DNA of 64,000 nt from a virus. The stretch is from positions 1 to 64,000 of IMG/VR virus record IMGVR_UViG_3300025121_000002; one strand, written 5' to 3'. Shown one piece after another: positions 55,582 through 64,000 of this stretch. Position 1 is the stretch's first letter, and each line of letters begins with the position of its first letter. The position numbers and the translations under genes are program-made. The notes beneath the pieces are model-generated. The model worked only from the letters and a program-made list of their open reading frames with translations, did not search any database and was not told the DNA's origin.

Positions 55582-57633
55582 CTAACTATTTGATATATTT
55601 GTCATTCCTTCATTTGCTGTTAATGGTGCATTTTCAAAACCTTCAGGCATTCTTGGCTTTTGTAATGTTGTATCTTGTTGATTCAATGCCTGTTCTACTG
55701 GTGGTAGATTTTGGGGTGCTTCCATTTGTGATGGTGATGTTGTCTGTCCTGGATTTGGTTGGGTTATTGGTTGAACTATCGGTTGAATACCCATAGCTTG
55801 TAACAACATAGGATCTGTATTTTTCCAAGTTTGAATATGTTCATTGATATGAGTTAATACTAGATTAACTAACTCAGCATCAGATTTTAATATAGTATCA
55901 TTCAATACACCTCTATGACATTGAATATGTTTGGGGTGATTTTCTATAGCTAATACAATAGGTTTTGTTCCCATTAAGAAACCTTCGTTTTCACCACGTA
56001 TTAAAAATTCCTCTTTTACAATATCTTCTGTACCCATTTCTAATTTACCAGTATGTATAATTGTTATGTATTGTTCTGGGGTAAGTGTGCCATATTGAAG
56101 TAAATTATCAGCCATTTGTGCTCTACCAGCAAGTGTATTAGTTAAAGGATTTGCAACATCAACAATAACTCTATTTATAGAACGTAGGTCTTCTCCTTTA
56201 AATTCTTTCATATACGACCTTCCAGATTTACCAACAATAGCCGCAATTCTTGGAGAGTTAGCAAAATCTTGAAGTATTTCAATTAAACAAATACCGACAT
56301 TTTCAATTAAGTAAATATATTCTTGTTGTAAACCCGACATAAATTGTATAGCATTAGTTTGTACCATAGCCAATGCTGATCCAGAACGTAAAGATGCTTC
56401 TGGATTTCCTCTAGCTGTTGAATTTATAGCCGATAGAGTTTCCATATCTTTAACATAACGATCCATTAAATTATACAATTCAGGAGCTGTTTTTGTTAAG
56501 TTTAAAGCTTCAGGTTTAGCACCACCTTGAGGGTTATAATCCATGATACTTAAACCATTAGCTAATTGTGTGACATCAATATTTGATCCACTAGGATTTA
56601 ATATTGTTTGTACACCAAAAGCAACGTTGTTACTTAATGCTGCTGAATTTAAACTATTATGTGCGTCCTGTATTGATAGTAAATCAAATAAAGGACTATA
56701 TCCTAATGGTGTTCCTAGTATTCTTCCTGGATAAATTGGGAATACAGGTATCCTCCTATATGGTAGTTCACCCTCATGGAGTATTGCTTCTTCAGAAACA
56801 AATAACATATATTTACCTTCAGGCATTGCCTCACTACGCCTGTGATAAAACTCTAACACAGATATATCATCAGTTTCATCTCCACTATATAAACCAACAC
56901 GTACTCTTTTCGAATGATCTTTCGATTCTATAGCCATTATTTCTTTTTCTAAATGTGGATACTTAGCGATCAAGTCATATCTATTTTTAAATGATCTAGT
57001 TATAATCCAATCGAAATCTCTACCTTCTTTGGAAAGATCCATAACAACATCTAAAGCTGATAGAACATTAAATTCAACATCACCTTCATACTGTGGATCT
57101 GGTATTTCTACTTTCTCTCCATTTTCTTGTAGTTCTTTGTATTCTTGTATTTCTTTTTTATTAGTTACTTCACCTAACATACCATTCCAAGACATTTTCA
57201 TCCAACCCAAAGATGTAGATAATGCATATTCACATGCCATCTTTAAGTATTCTTCTAGTTTCTTTTCTCTCATATAATAGTCAAGTAGACCATTTCCTAG
57301 ATATGTCTGTGTAACCGATTTAAAGTCTGTATTTACTGCTCTACATTCCATTGCCGGTCTAGTTGATGTTGTCATAGTCAACATATGTCTAGCTATGTTT
57401 CTGAGATGATTAACTACTATCTGAGCTAGTTCTCCATCTTCACCAGCAAACGTAATTTGATGAGCTTCACCTATTGAATTATAGTATCCACCATAATATG
57501 CAGCATATAAATCTCTAAGTTTATCCATGAATCCACAAGAGTTAAGTGATCTATCCCATGATTCAATTTTAGATAACAAAGCTGAAGCACATTCTTTTGA
57601 TTCTCTTGCTGCAAAATATTTATTATTTTCCAT
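55582..57633 (-). CDS. portal protein
   Basis: 683 aa, directly upstream of scaffold and capsid. P/Q-rich C-terminal tail. Assignment by size and synteny. Confidence 0.6.
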   Translation of the reverse strand: MENNKYFAARESKECASALLSKIESWDRSLNSCGFMDKLRDLYAAYYGGYYNSIGEAHQITFAGEDGELAQIVVNHLRNIARHMLTMTTSTRPAMECRAVNTDFKSVTQTYLGNGLLDYYMREKKLEEYLKMACEYALSTSLGWMKMSWNGMLGEVTNKKEIQEYKELQENGEKVEIPDPQYEGDVEFNVLSALDVVMDLSKEGRDFDWIITRSFKNRYDLIAKYPHLEKEIMAIESKDHSKRVRVGLYSGDETDDISVLEFYHRRSEAMPEGKYMLFVSEEAILHEGELPYRRIPVFPIYPGRILGTPLGYSPLFDLLSIQDAHNSLNSAALSNNVAFGVQTILNPSGSNIDVTQLANGLSIMDYNPQGGAKPEALNLTKTAPELYNLMDRYVKDMETLSAINSTARGNPEASLRSGSALAMVQTNAIQFMSGLQQEYIYLIENVGICLIEILQDFANSPRIAAIVGKSGRSYMKEFKGEDLRSINRVIVDVANPLTNTLAGRAQMADNLLQYGTLTPEQYITIIHTGKLEMGTEDIVKEEFLIRGENEGFLMGTKPIVLAIENHPKHIQCHRGVLNDTILKSDAELVNLVLTHINEHIQTWKNTDPMLLQAMGIQPIVQPITQPNPGQTTSPSQMEAPQNLPPVEQALNQQDTTLQKPRMPEGFENAPLTANEGMTNISNS

Positions 57634-57646
57634 AAATCATCCTTAA

Positions 57647-58327
57647 TTAAGAAAACAAAGGTTTTTGAAAAGTTAAACCCCAAGCCGTATATACATCATT
57701 ACCGTCTATTTTTCCACTAACTAATAAACCACCTGTCATTATTATTTTTATTTTATATCTTTCACCGCGATAGAAATCAAATTCTATAGCACAAGTTAAT
57801 TGTGATACATTTTGTAAAGTATCTTTATAGTCTAAAACAAACCATTCTTCATCAGATTCTTCACCAACTTTAAATATACTTAACGTTACTGTACTAACAT
57901 CAAGTAAAGATTTTAATTTCATTTGTAAGTCTAATAAATATATACCATCTCTAGGTATAACAAATTCGTCATTATCTGAATCATAATTACCATCTAAATC
58001 CCAAAGTACTCTAGATGATGTTACTGCGGTCCAAGAAGTTGATATGTTTTGATCTGTACCATTTTTATCAACAGCTAATGAAGAATAAAAATCAAAAGGA
58101 TTCATTCTATTCATATGTAGAATCGCCTTTTCATACGACAAATCTTCAACACCATCATTTAATATGACTGTACCATTTTCTAATCTAGTTAATACACTCT
58201 CACTAGATAATAATTTGAACCATTGGTTTGATGGTACATCATATGATTCACCAGAAGGAATATCACTATTTAATATTTGTATAGTCTCTTCTGTATTATT
58301 TTTAAGTATCTTTTTCATCATAATCAT
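57647..58327 (-). CDS. beta-rich virion-associated protein
   Basis: ATG 58327 (ATGA overlap, GAGGG RBS) preferred over the track start 58348. Confidence 0.45.
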   Translation of the reverse strand: MIMMKKILKNNTEETIQILNSDIPSGESYDVPSNQWFKLLSSESVLTRLENGTVILNDGVEDLSYEKAILHMNRMNPFDFYSSLAVDKNGTDQNISTSWTAVTSSRVLWDLDGNYDSDNDEFVIPRDGIYLLDLQMKLKSLLDVSTVTLSIFKVGEESDEEWFVLDYKDTLQNVSQLTCAIEFDFYRGERYKIKIIMTGGLLVSGKIDGNDVYTAWGLTFQKPLFS

Positions 58328-58812
58328 ACTGGAACCCTCGAAACCCATAATGTTAAATCCATATCACTACAGTTAGTACCGTCATCTAAGTATTGAGCAT
58401 ATACAACACTACCAGCATCAAAAGTATAATCTAGACCATTAACAAATCCATATCCATCGTTTGGGCTATCAACATCTAATGTATAAAAAATAGTTCCAGT
58501 TTTAGAAACTGATCTAAATTGTACTCTAAAAGATACATTTATAGTTTGATTAGACCAACTTATTTCGTTTATTTTGGTTTTAACAGCAAATACACAAAAT
58601 GGTGTGTTTGGTAGTAATTCTGTTGGACCTAACCAATTATTATTACCAACAATACCGTTATATACACCTCTTATTCCTGCTCTAGGAAATCCTTCACCAT
58701 ATTGTTTAGATTCTTCTATTGCAGACTGAGTATCTGTGGAATTGAATCCATTTGTTGAATTATCAAATGGTGTAGATTTTGCTACTTGAGTTGGGTGTGT
58801 ACGATGTGTCAT
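58324..58812 (-). CDS. fibre-like protein
   Basis: N-terminus ..PFDNSTNGFNSTDTQSAIEE resembles the ..YDNAVSGL.ATDVQ.AIDE motif of the 49728 fibre. Confidence 0.45.
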   Translation of the reverse strand: MTHRTHPTQVAKSTPFDNSTNGFNSTDTQSAIEESKQYGEGFPRAGIRGVYNGIVGNNNWLGPTELLPNTPFCVFAVKTKINEISWSNQTINVSFRVQFRSVSKTGTIFYTLDVDSPNDGYGFVNGLDYTFDAGSVVYAQYLDDGTNCSDMDLTLWVSRVPV

Positions 58813-59105
58813 TATGCTACCTCTGTTATTCTAACATCAACAGTTCCAGTAGCTGTAATAACCCAAACCCTTAATTCTGGTCCAACTTCAAGTGGAAAAA
58901 ATTGATTACTAAATATTTTAGTACCGTTAGATGTTGTAACACCATTACTATATCCGTAATAAATATCACCATTCAAAGGTTGAATTGTTATTATTTTACG
59001 TTCACTTAATGGAGTTGTATCATAAACAACTTCTTGTGCTGTTGTTGTAACACTCAAAGCTTTATTATAGCCAGGACCATCCAGTTGTGAAAAATTTCCA
59101 GACAT
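58812..59105 (-). CDS. small beta-rich virion-associated protein
   Basis: 97 aa, with a 1-nt overlap with the next gene. Confidence 0.45.
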   Translation of the reverse strand: MSGNFSQLDGPGYNKALSVTTTAQEVVYDTTPLSERKIITIQPLNGDIYYGYSNGVTTSNGTKIFSNQFFPLEVGPELRVWVITATGTVDVRITEVA

Positions 59106-59107
59106 AA

Positions 59108-59636
59108 TTATATCCTATTCCCTTTTTTCATATTTTCTATAGCAGGAAGATATTGTAAATTCCAAGGAACATGTAGTCCAGTAATATTTTTACCTTTTAT
59201 CGGTATTATATGATCAACATGATATCCTTTTGGACAATTTTTATATATTAATTTTAATTCTTCTTTTTGTTCTTTTGTTATCCATTTTGGTTGAACTTTT
59301 TTGTTTCTTCTACTATTTTCTCTTACTTTTGCTCTAGAATTATCTATATCTAAATAATATTCTCTTTTAGAACGTTCTCTACTTTTTTGATGTGTTAATT
59401 CTAAATCTTCATAATAATATTTTTTTTGCATTAATTCTTCCTAATTCGCATATTCTATCTTTATTTTTTCTATAATATTTTCTTCTTCTAGAATTAACGT
59501 TGTCTTTTGTTTCTCTTATTCTATCTATTTTACATTTTCTACAATATGAACTTCTTCCAGATTTTTTTGCTCTATCAATACAAAAATCTTCTATATTTTT
59601 TTCTTGTTTACATTTAGGACAGAACTTAGTTGTCAT
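59108..59636 (-). pseudogene. Zn-finger/HNH endonuclease split by a frameshift at an A8 tract
   Basis: ORF 59409..59636 (CPKCK..CRKCK) and ORF 59108..59431 (YHVDHIIPIKG...NLQYLPAIENMKKGN) overlap at AAAAAAAA (59420-59427). A7 would fuse them. Confidence 0.7.
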
Positions 59637-59642
59637 ATATAA

Positions 59643-59858
59643 TTATTCTACCTTACTTTCTTTAGATTTAATAATTCGTTTAACTTCTAAAATATTAGCA
59701 TCTAATTTAGGTATAAATTTAGTTTGAATATAACTAAGTAATTTGAAATAGTCGATTATATCTTGTGTTTTGAAATGATTGAATTCTGCTTTTTTAGCTA
59801 TTGTATTTATAAATTCAATAAACTTTTCTTTGTCTTCTTCATTGAAATAATTTTCCAT
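59643..59858 (-). CDS. hypothetical protein
   Basis: AAGGAG RBS. 71 aa, helical. Confidence 0.45.
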   Translation of the reverse strand: MENYFNEEDKEKFIEFINTIAKKAEFNHFKTQDIIDYFKLLSYIQTKFIPKLDANILEVKRIIKSKESKVE

Positions 59859-59928
59859 ATAAACTCCTTTTATATGAACAAGGGATTAGAGAGAGTATTT
59901 CTACTCTCCCTTCCTACTTGTTATTGAA

Positions 59929-60840
59929 TTATGATAATTCCATGTGTCTAATTTCATGACCTAATGTTGCTGCTATCCATTGAACATCTACAGCAGCTCC
60001 TGCTCTTAGTTCCATAATGTTCGCTGGATCTAGTGGAAATCCGTTTGCTTGTGTAACTGAAGCACCACCAACAAATGCTCTTTTATTTGTATTATTAAAA
60101 ATATATAAATACTTTCTATTAGCTAATGCTGATGCAACAACAGATTCTCTAGTATCTGCAACATCTAGAGTATTAACATCATTTGCAATAGCTGTGTTAG
60201 CTAAAGCTGCATCATTAACAACTATTGAAGAATTGATGATATTAACATCTAATCCAGTATCAGCACCAACAACAGTAGAAGTGATAGATGTTCCTGCTCC
60301 GTCTTTAGTCCAAGAAGATACACTATCAGTAGCAGCAGCTAAGTCTCTAATATCCAAATCTGAAGCATCTACTGTAATTGAATTACCACCATCACCAATA
60401 ACCCAAGGATCTGTTCCTTGATAAGCTGTAACACTATCAGATGTATATACTAAATCTCTAATGTCTAAATCTGAAGCAGTTACTGCTATTGAAGAATTAG
60501 AAATATGAACATCTAATGCAATATCACTGTTTTCAGAAGTAGAAGTAAAATAATTAGTACCATCACCAAGTCTTACAGAATCTTCTGTATGATCTAAATC
60601 AACATCAATTTGAATATCACTAGAAGCAATGTTAACATCTAATGCATTACCGGTAGAAGTAATACCATTACCGGCACTATCAAATAAAGCCGATGCTGTA
60701 TTCAACCATTCTTGAGAATTAATTGTTTGATGGTCAATTAACGTACCATCAGATGATCTTACATATGCACCAACGGAATCACTAGCTAATATAGTGTCAG
60801 CGTCGGTTACATCGAAAATTAGCTTTGTCTTCCAACCCAT
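59929..60840 (-). CDS. beta-helix/fibre-like protein with internal repeats
   Basis: AGGAGG RBS. Recurrent ..DV(N/H)I.(S/N)S.I.V... and ASDLDIRDL x2. Confidence 0.5.
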   Translation of the reverse strand: MGWKTKLIFDVTDADTILASDSVGAYVRSSDGTLIDHQTINSQEWLNTASALFDSAGNGITSTGNALDVNIASSDIQIDVDLDHTEDSVRLGDGTNYFTSTSENSDIALDVHISNSSIAVTASDLDIRDLVYTSDSVTAYQGTDPWVIGDGGNSITVDASDLDIRDLAAATDSVSSWTKDGAGTSITSTVVGADTGLDVNIINSSIVVNDAALANTAIANDVNTLDVADTRESVVASALANRKYLYIFNNTNKRAFVGGASVTQANGFPLDPANIMELRAGAAVDVQWIAATLGHEIRHMELS

Positions 60841-60871
60841 AAAACCTCCTAAAAATTGTTAAAATAATTAT

Positions 60872-61270
60872 CTAGCTCCAACTAGATAATTCTATAGTAT
60901 CATTTGCCTTGTTAGATCTAAAGTATACAACTATCGGAACAACTAATTTTAAATTATCTTCAGTCTTTAAATTTCCAGGACTTAATGTTGAAAATGTTGT
61001 TCCACTTTCACCAATCTGAAAAGACCATTGTATCTCTCCAAATTTCCTTGATTTCCATTCAAATCTTTTAGTACCCAAAGGTATTGTAAAACTATATTCT
61101 GTATTAGCTAGAGGTGCCGCTATATTTTGAGTTAAACCAGAATCAACTTCAATAGCTAAACTTATTTCACCTTGAATACGTACAGCAGTATTACCATCAC
61201 CATCGGTGGTAAACTTTTCAGACTCCTTTCTGTGAAGCCAGTTATTTAAATGATTGAAAACTCCCTTCAC
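60872..61270 (-). CDS. small beta-rich virion-associated protein
   Basis: GTG start after GGAAGGA. Confidence 0.45.
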   Translation of the reverse strand: MKGVFNHLNNWLHRKESEKFTTDGDGNTAVRIQGEISLAIEVDSGLTQNIAAPLANTEYSFTIPLGTKRFEWKSRKFGEIQWSFQIGESGTTFSTLSPGNLKTEDNLKLVVPIVVYFRSNKANDTIELSSWS

Positions 61271-61282
61271 AACAAATCCTTC

Positions 61283-62281
61283 CTAGATTATTTTTTCAAT
61301 AGAAGATATTAATTTAGTAACTACATCATAATGTATTCTAACTTTCGCTACTAACCCTCCGATTTCTCCTATTTGTACAGATTTAATCATTCCATGTTCA
61401 GTATTAACATCTGTAGTTATTGTTGCTACACCATATGTATTATTCTTTATTGTTACTTCATTCGTTCTATATGTAGCAATAAAATAATCTAATATATCTA
61501 TAGCATTATTTGTTTTTTCAGCAATAGTGTTCTCATTATCACTTGATAAAATATTAACAATAATTGGTATACTACCTAGAGGTGATGGATCAACACCTAA
61601 TCCATCTAAATTATACCAAACGTGAAATTTAAACTCATCATTTGTTGTATATAAAAAAAAGTATTTATTATTAAGAGTGTTTAAACCTTTTTGTGATGAT
61701 ATACCTAAACCACTTGTACCATTTGTTGCATCTGGTTTATCACCAACACTATTACTAGCTATAGTTGTCATACACCCAATATTAAGTGATGTAAATTCAC
61801 TATCTAAATTCATAACTTCTTTTAATCTAGAAGCTAATAAATTAGAATTATCTGATGAATATATAACAACTTCTAAATCTCTTAAAGCTCCAGTAACTGG
61901 ATGTATTGATGTACCATTAAGATTAAACCATACACCAACAGATCCAACATCATCATATATTATGAAATATTTACCATCTAAATTTATACCAGTTTTACCA
62001 TTAAAAGTAACTGTAGTAATTTCGCTTCTACCATCTGGTGTTCCTCTACATGAAATTAAAGTTTCATGAGCAATACCTTCACCATAAAAATTAATATATT
62101 CAACTTCAAACGTTCCATCACTCATATCTTTATATTCATAACTAACTTTAACGTAACGTTTAGGAACAAAGTCATTGGCTAATATAACATCAAACGCTCT
62201 TTGTGTGTCGTTAAATGCAGTTTGAAGTGTTTGTCCTGGATCTAATACTGACAAACTATTTGGACTATTTTTAGAAAACAT
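61283..62281 (-). CDS. virion-associated protein with a tandem domain duplication
   Basis: KYFIIYDDVGSVGVWFNLNG...VVIYSSDNSNLLA and KYFFLYTTNDEFKFHVWYNLDG...VNILSSDNENTIA. Preceded by the late motif. Confidence 0.5.
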   Translation of the reverse strand: MFSKNSPNSLSVLDPGQTLQTAFNDTQRAFDVILANDFVPKRYVKVSYEYKDMSDGTFEVEYINFYGEGIAHETLISCRGTPDGRSEITTVTFNGKTGINLDGKYFIIYDDVGSVGVWFNLNGTSIHPVTGALRDLEVVIYSSDNSNLLASRLKEVMNLDSEFTSLNIGCMTTIASNSVGDKPDATNGTSGLGISSQKGLNTLNNKYFFLYTTNDEFKFHVWYNLDGLGVDPSPLGSIPIIVNILSSDNENTIAEKTNNAIDILDYFIATYRTNEVTIKNNTYGVATITTDVNTEHGMIKSVQIGEIGGLVAKVRIHYDVVTKLISSIEKII

Positions 62282-62320
62282 ATATTATATTCCAATAACA
62301 TTAGTTGTTTAATTTAAACT

Positions 62321-62337
62321 ACATTAATACTTGATAA
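62321..62337 (-). promoter_or_regulatory. late-promoter-like 17-mer TTATCAAGTATTAATGT
   Basis: Exact copy abutting the terminase stop codon. 39 nt upstream of the ATG at 62281. Confidence 0.55.
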
Positions 62338-64000
62338 TCATCTACGACGCTTAACTGTGAAAATGTCACGAATACTCTGTTGAACGTCCGTAAGTTGTTG
62401 TTTTTGTTTAGGAGAGTAGAATCCACCTTTAGGTAAATCGTAATCTTTAGGGTATGGATTTTTATGATAGTTGATGTTACGTATCAAATAAATCAATGCA
62501 TCTAAACAGTCAAAATGTGAACCATCAGCAGCTTTCTCATATTTAGTTCTTGCTTTATTCCAAGTAGCATTCATTAAATGAAATATTAGGTTTATACATC
62601 TAGGATTTATCTTTAGTTTTTTACCAGAAACTTTCATACGTAAAGCGTTTATTTGTGCGTTTTTATCATCTTTTCTAGTTGGTATAAACGATAAGTTGTG
62701 TAAGTTATTAAAGTCTACGATAATTTGCCAACTAGTATCACATATCCTTGACTCTGGTAATTTGTCACCCCAAAGCATCTTTTCCTTTAATTTAATAGCA
62801 TCAGCCATATCAATAGTTGTATATTCTTTACCATTGAATACTAATTCATCTTCAACAACAATTTCATCATTTCTAAAATCATAATACGCAAACAAAAAAG
62901 CTGTCCAATCTAGTATACCAAAGTCACCAGAAGTATAACATGTATAGTGTGCTGGTCGTTTCCATGTTTGTATTATGTCTTTCATTTTTTCATCAGTAGC
63001 TTCTGGTATAACTAATGAATTTGTGTCAGCTAATAATTTACATAAGTATTCTCTTTTAAAATCTATAGAATCTTTACCACCAACAGCATTAGCCATTTCT
63101 TCTATTTCATATCCTTTAAATCTAGGACAATCATATATAGTTCTTCTGGTATATGCTTTTTTATAGTCAGCTTCTTTAATATATTTATTAAATGTATGTG
63201 CTGCTGAAGATGGTGGAGTTGAAATCATGATTGTTAATCTACGCTTAGACGTATTCATAGTTGGAAATAATACAGATTTATAATAGTAGTCAAATTCAGA
63301 TGAATCCATAAATCCACACTCATCCATGAATACCCTATCAAATCTTTGACCTCTAGCATTTTCAATATTACCAGAGTCTGTACCAATACAATGAATTTCA
63401 GAACCATTATCAAATACGAATACGTTTTCTTGAGTATTAAATTTAGGTCTTAATTCTTTAGGACAATCTATACATATTTCATTGAAACGAGATTTAATTA
63501 ATTTTCTAGCTTGATTCTGTCTAGGTAAAACGTAAGCTATTTTAAAGTTGGGATTACGAATACATTCTTCGATTGCTAATAAAGAAATTAGGAAAGAGTT
63601 ATGAGTTACCAATCCATCACCAGTAAGATATAAATGTGTATCATTATCAACAGTAATATCCCAACATTGTTCCATTCTTCTATTTTCTTTTCTAACACTA
63701 ACAGAATCTGTCACACCATTTACAACAGTTACTATTTTATCATACTCATTAAAATCTTTTAGTGGTTTCTCCAAAAGATTACCTTCACCATTTTTAACTA
63801 ACCAGTAATGTTCATCAGTACAACCAGCTAAAACTTTACCATTACCAACTAAATCAAATACTTCTTCAACACCACAATCTATTTTATCAACAACTTTAGT
63901 TGGACTTACACTACCGTCTTTATTATATCCATAAATAATATCACCAATATTAATATCTTTGATTAACTTTGGTCCAGTTTCTGTGATGACGTAAGTACTT
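62338..64000 (-). CDS. terL: terminase large subunit (5' end outside window) containing an intein
   Basis: Frame is open to the window edge; the track's start at 63774 is an internal TTG. C-extein has Walker B VFMDECGF and a C-terminal nuclease-like domain (SGDFGILDWTAF..). Confidence 0.75.
   Translation of the reverse strand, partial: STYVITETGPKLIKDINIGDIIYGYNKDGSVSPTKVVDKIDCGVEEVFDLVGNGKVLAGCTDEHYWLVKNGEGNLLEKPLKDFNEYDKIVTVVNGVTDSVSVRKENRRMEQCWDITVDNDTHLYLTGDGLVTHNSFLISLLAIEECIRNPNFKIAYVLPRQNQARKLIKSRFNEICIDCPKELRPKFNTQENVFVFDNGSEIHCIGTDSGNIENARGQRFDRVFMDECGFMDSSEFDYYYKSVLFPTMNTSKRRLTIMISTPPSSAAHTFNKYIKEADYKKAYTRRTIYDCPRFKGYEIEEMANAVGGKDSIDFKREYLCKLLADTNSLVIPEATDEKMKDIIQTWKRPAHYTCYTSGDFGILDWTAFLFAYYDFRNDEIVVEDELVFNGKEYTTIDMADAIKLKEKMLWGDKLPESRICDTSWQIIVDFNNLHNLSFIPTRKDDKNAQINALRMKVSGKKLKINPRCINLIFHLMNATWNKARTKYEKAADGSHFDCLDALIYLIRNINYHKNPYPKDYDLPKGGFYSPKQKQQLTDVQQSIRDIFTVKRRR
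63598..64000 (-). mobile_element. mini-intein (Hint domain) within terL, N-terminal junction outside window
   Basis: VITETGPKLIKDINIGDIIYG, GCTDEHYW (TxxH), CWDITVDNDTHLYL, GDGLVTHN followed by Ser (63597-63595). Confidence 0.75.

Noticed and set aside
1-64000. Stop-codon reassignment (TAG/TGA recoding).
   Set aside because: Genes are long and uninterrupted under the standard code, and all three stop codons are used as terminators. The only broken genes are explained by an intron, a homopolymer frameshift or a genuine split.
1-64000. tRNA, tmRNA or CRISPR loci.
   Set aside because: The non-coding gaps are short. The longer ones (25891-26095, 52023-52155, 54296-54522, intron flanks) show no cloverleaf-like arrangement or repeat-spacer structure by eye. 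A tRNAscan-SE run would be the decisive check.

Overview
Strongly AT-rich segment of a tailed dsDNA phage genome with a podovirus-like layout: no tail-tube, sheath or tape-measure genes, several large internal-virion-type proteins and many fibre genes. Two gene arrays converge at about 25.9-26.1 kb.

(1) Plus strand, 1-25.9 kb, early/replication module:
- five paralogous DUF4116-like tandem-repeat genes
- a Cas4-like PD-(D/E)XK nuclease and a Rad52-type annealing protein
- an AEP-primase/DnaB-like helicase fusion and a small radical-SAM protein
- a family B DNA polymerase split into two ORFs
- a macrodomain protein, a metallophosphoesterase and an AP2-type homing-endonuclease-like gene
- a ClpP-like protease, a dNMP kinase, a RuvC-like resolvase and many small hypothetical ORFs

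(2) Minus strand, 26.1-64 kb, late module, read from high to low coordinates:
- large terminase, then an unusual block of beta-rich fibre/decoration-like genes
- portal, scaffold and major capsid protein
- several fibre/receptor-binding genes with a tail-fibre assembly chaperone
- nozzle/adaptor-like proteins and large Ala/Gly/Gln-rich internal proteins
- a sigma70-driven envelope/lysis-like cassette: secreted ClpP/S49-like protease, membrane proteins, SLT transglycosylase

Most notable observations:
- The capsid gene is interrupted by an 879-nt group I intron carrying a LAGLIDADG endonuclease; P1, P10 and omega-G can be read directly from the sequence.
- The terminase carries a mini-intein.
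- Three Zn-finger/HNH genes are scattered through the window, one of them broken at an A8 tract.
- The polymerase is split between motifs B and C.
- The five repeat-protein paralogs share identical DNA blocks of 160-215 bp.
- A 17-nt motif recurs upstream of late genes.
- The convergence zone contains a six-copy GTGAACAT array.
- A G17 tract forms one arm of the capsid-gene terminator.

All functional calls come from motif recognition by eye and gene context. No database search was possible.
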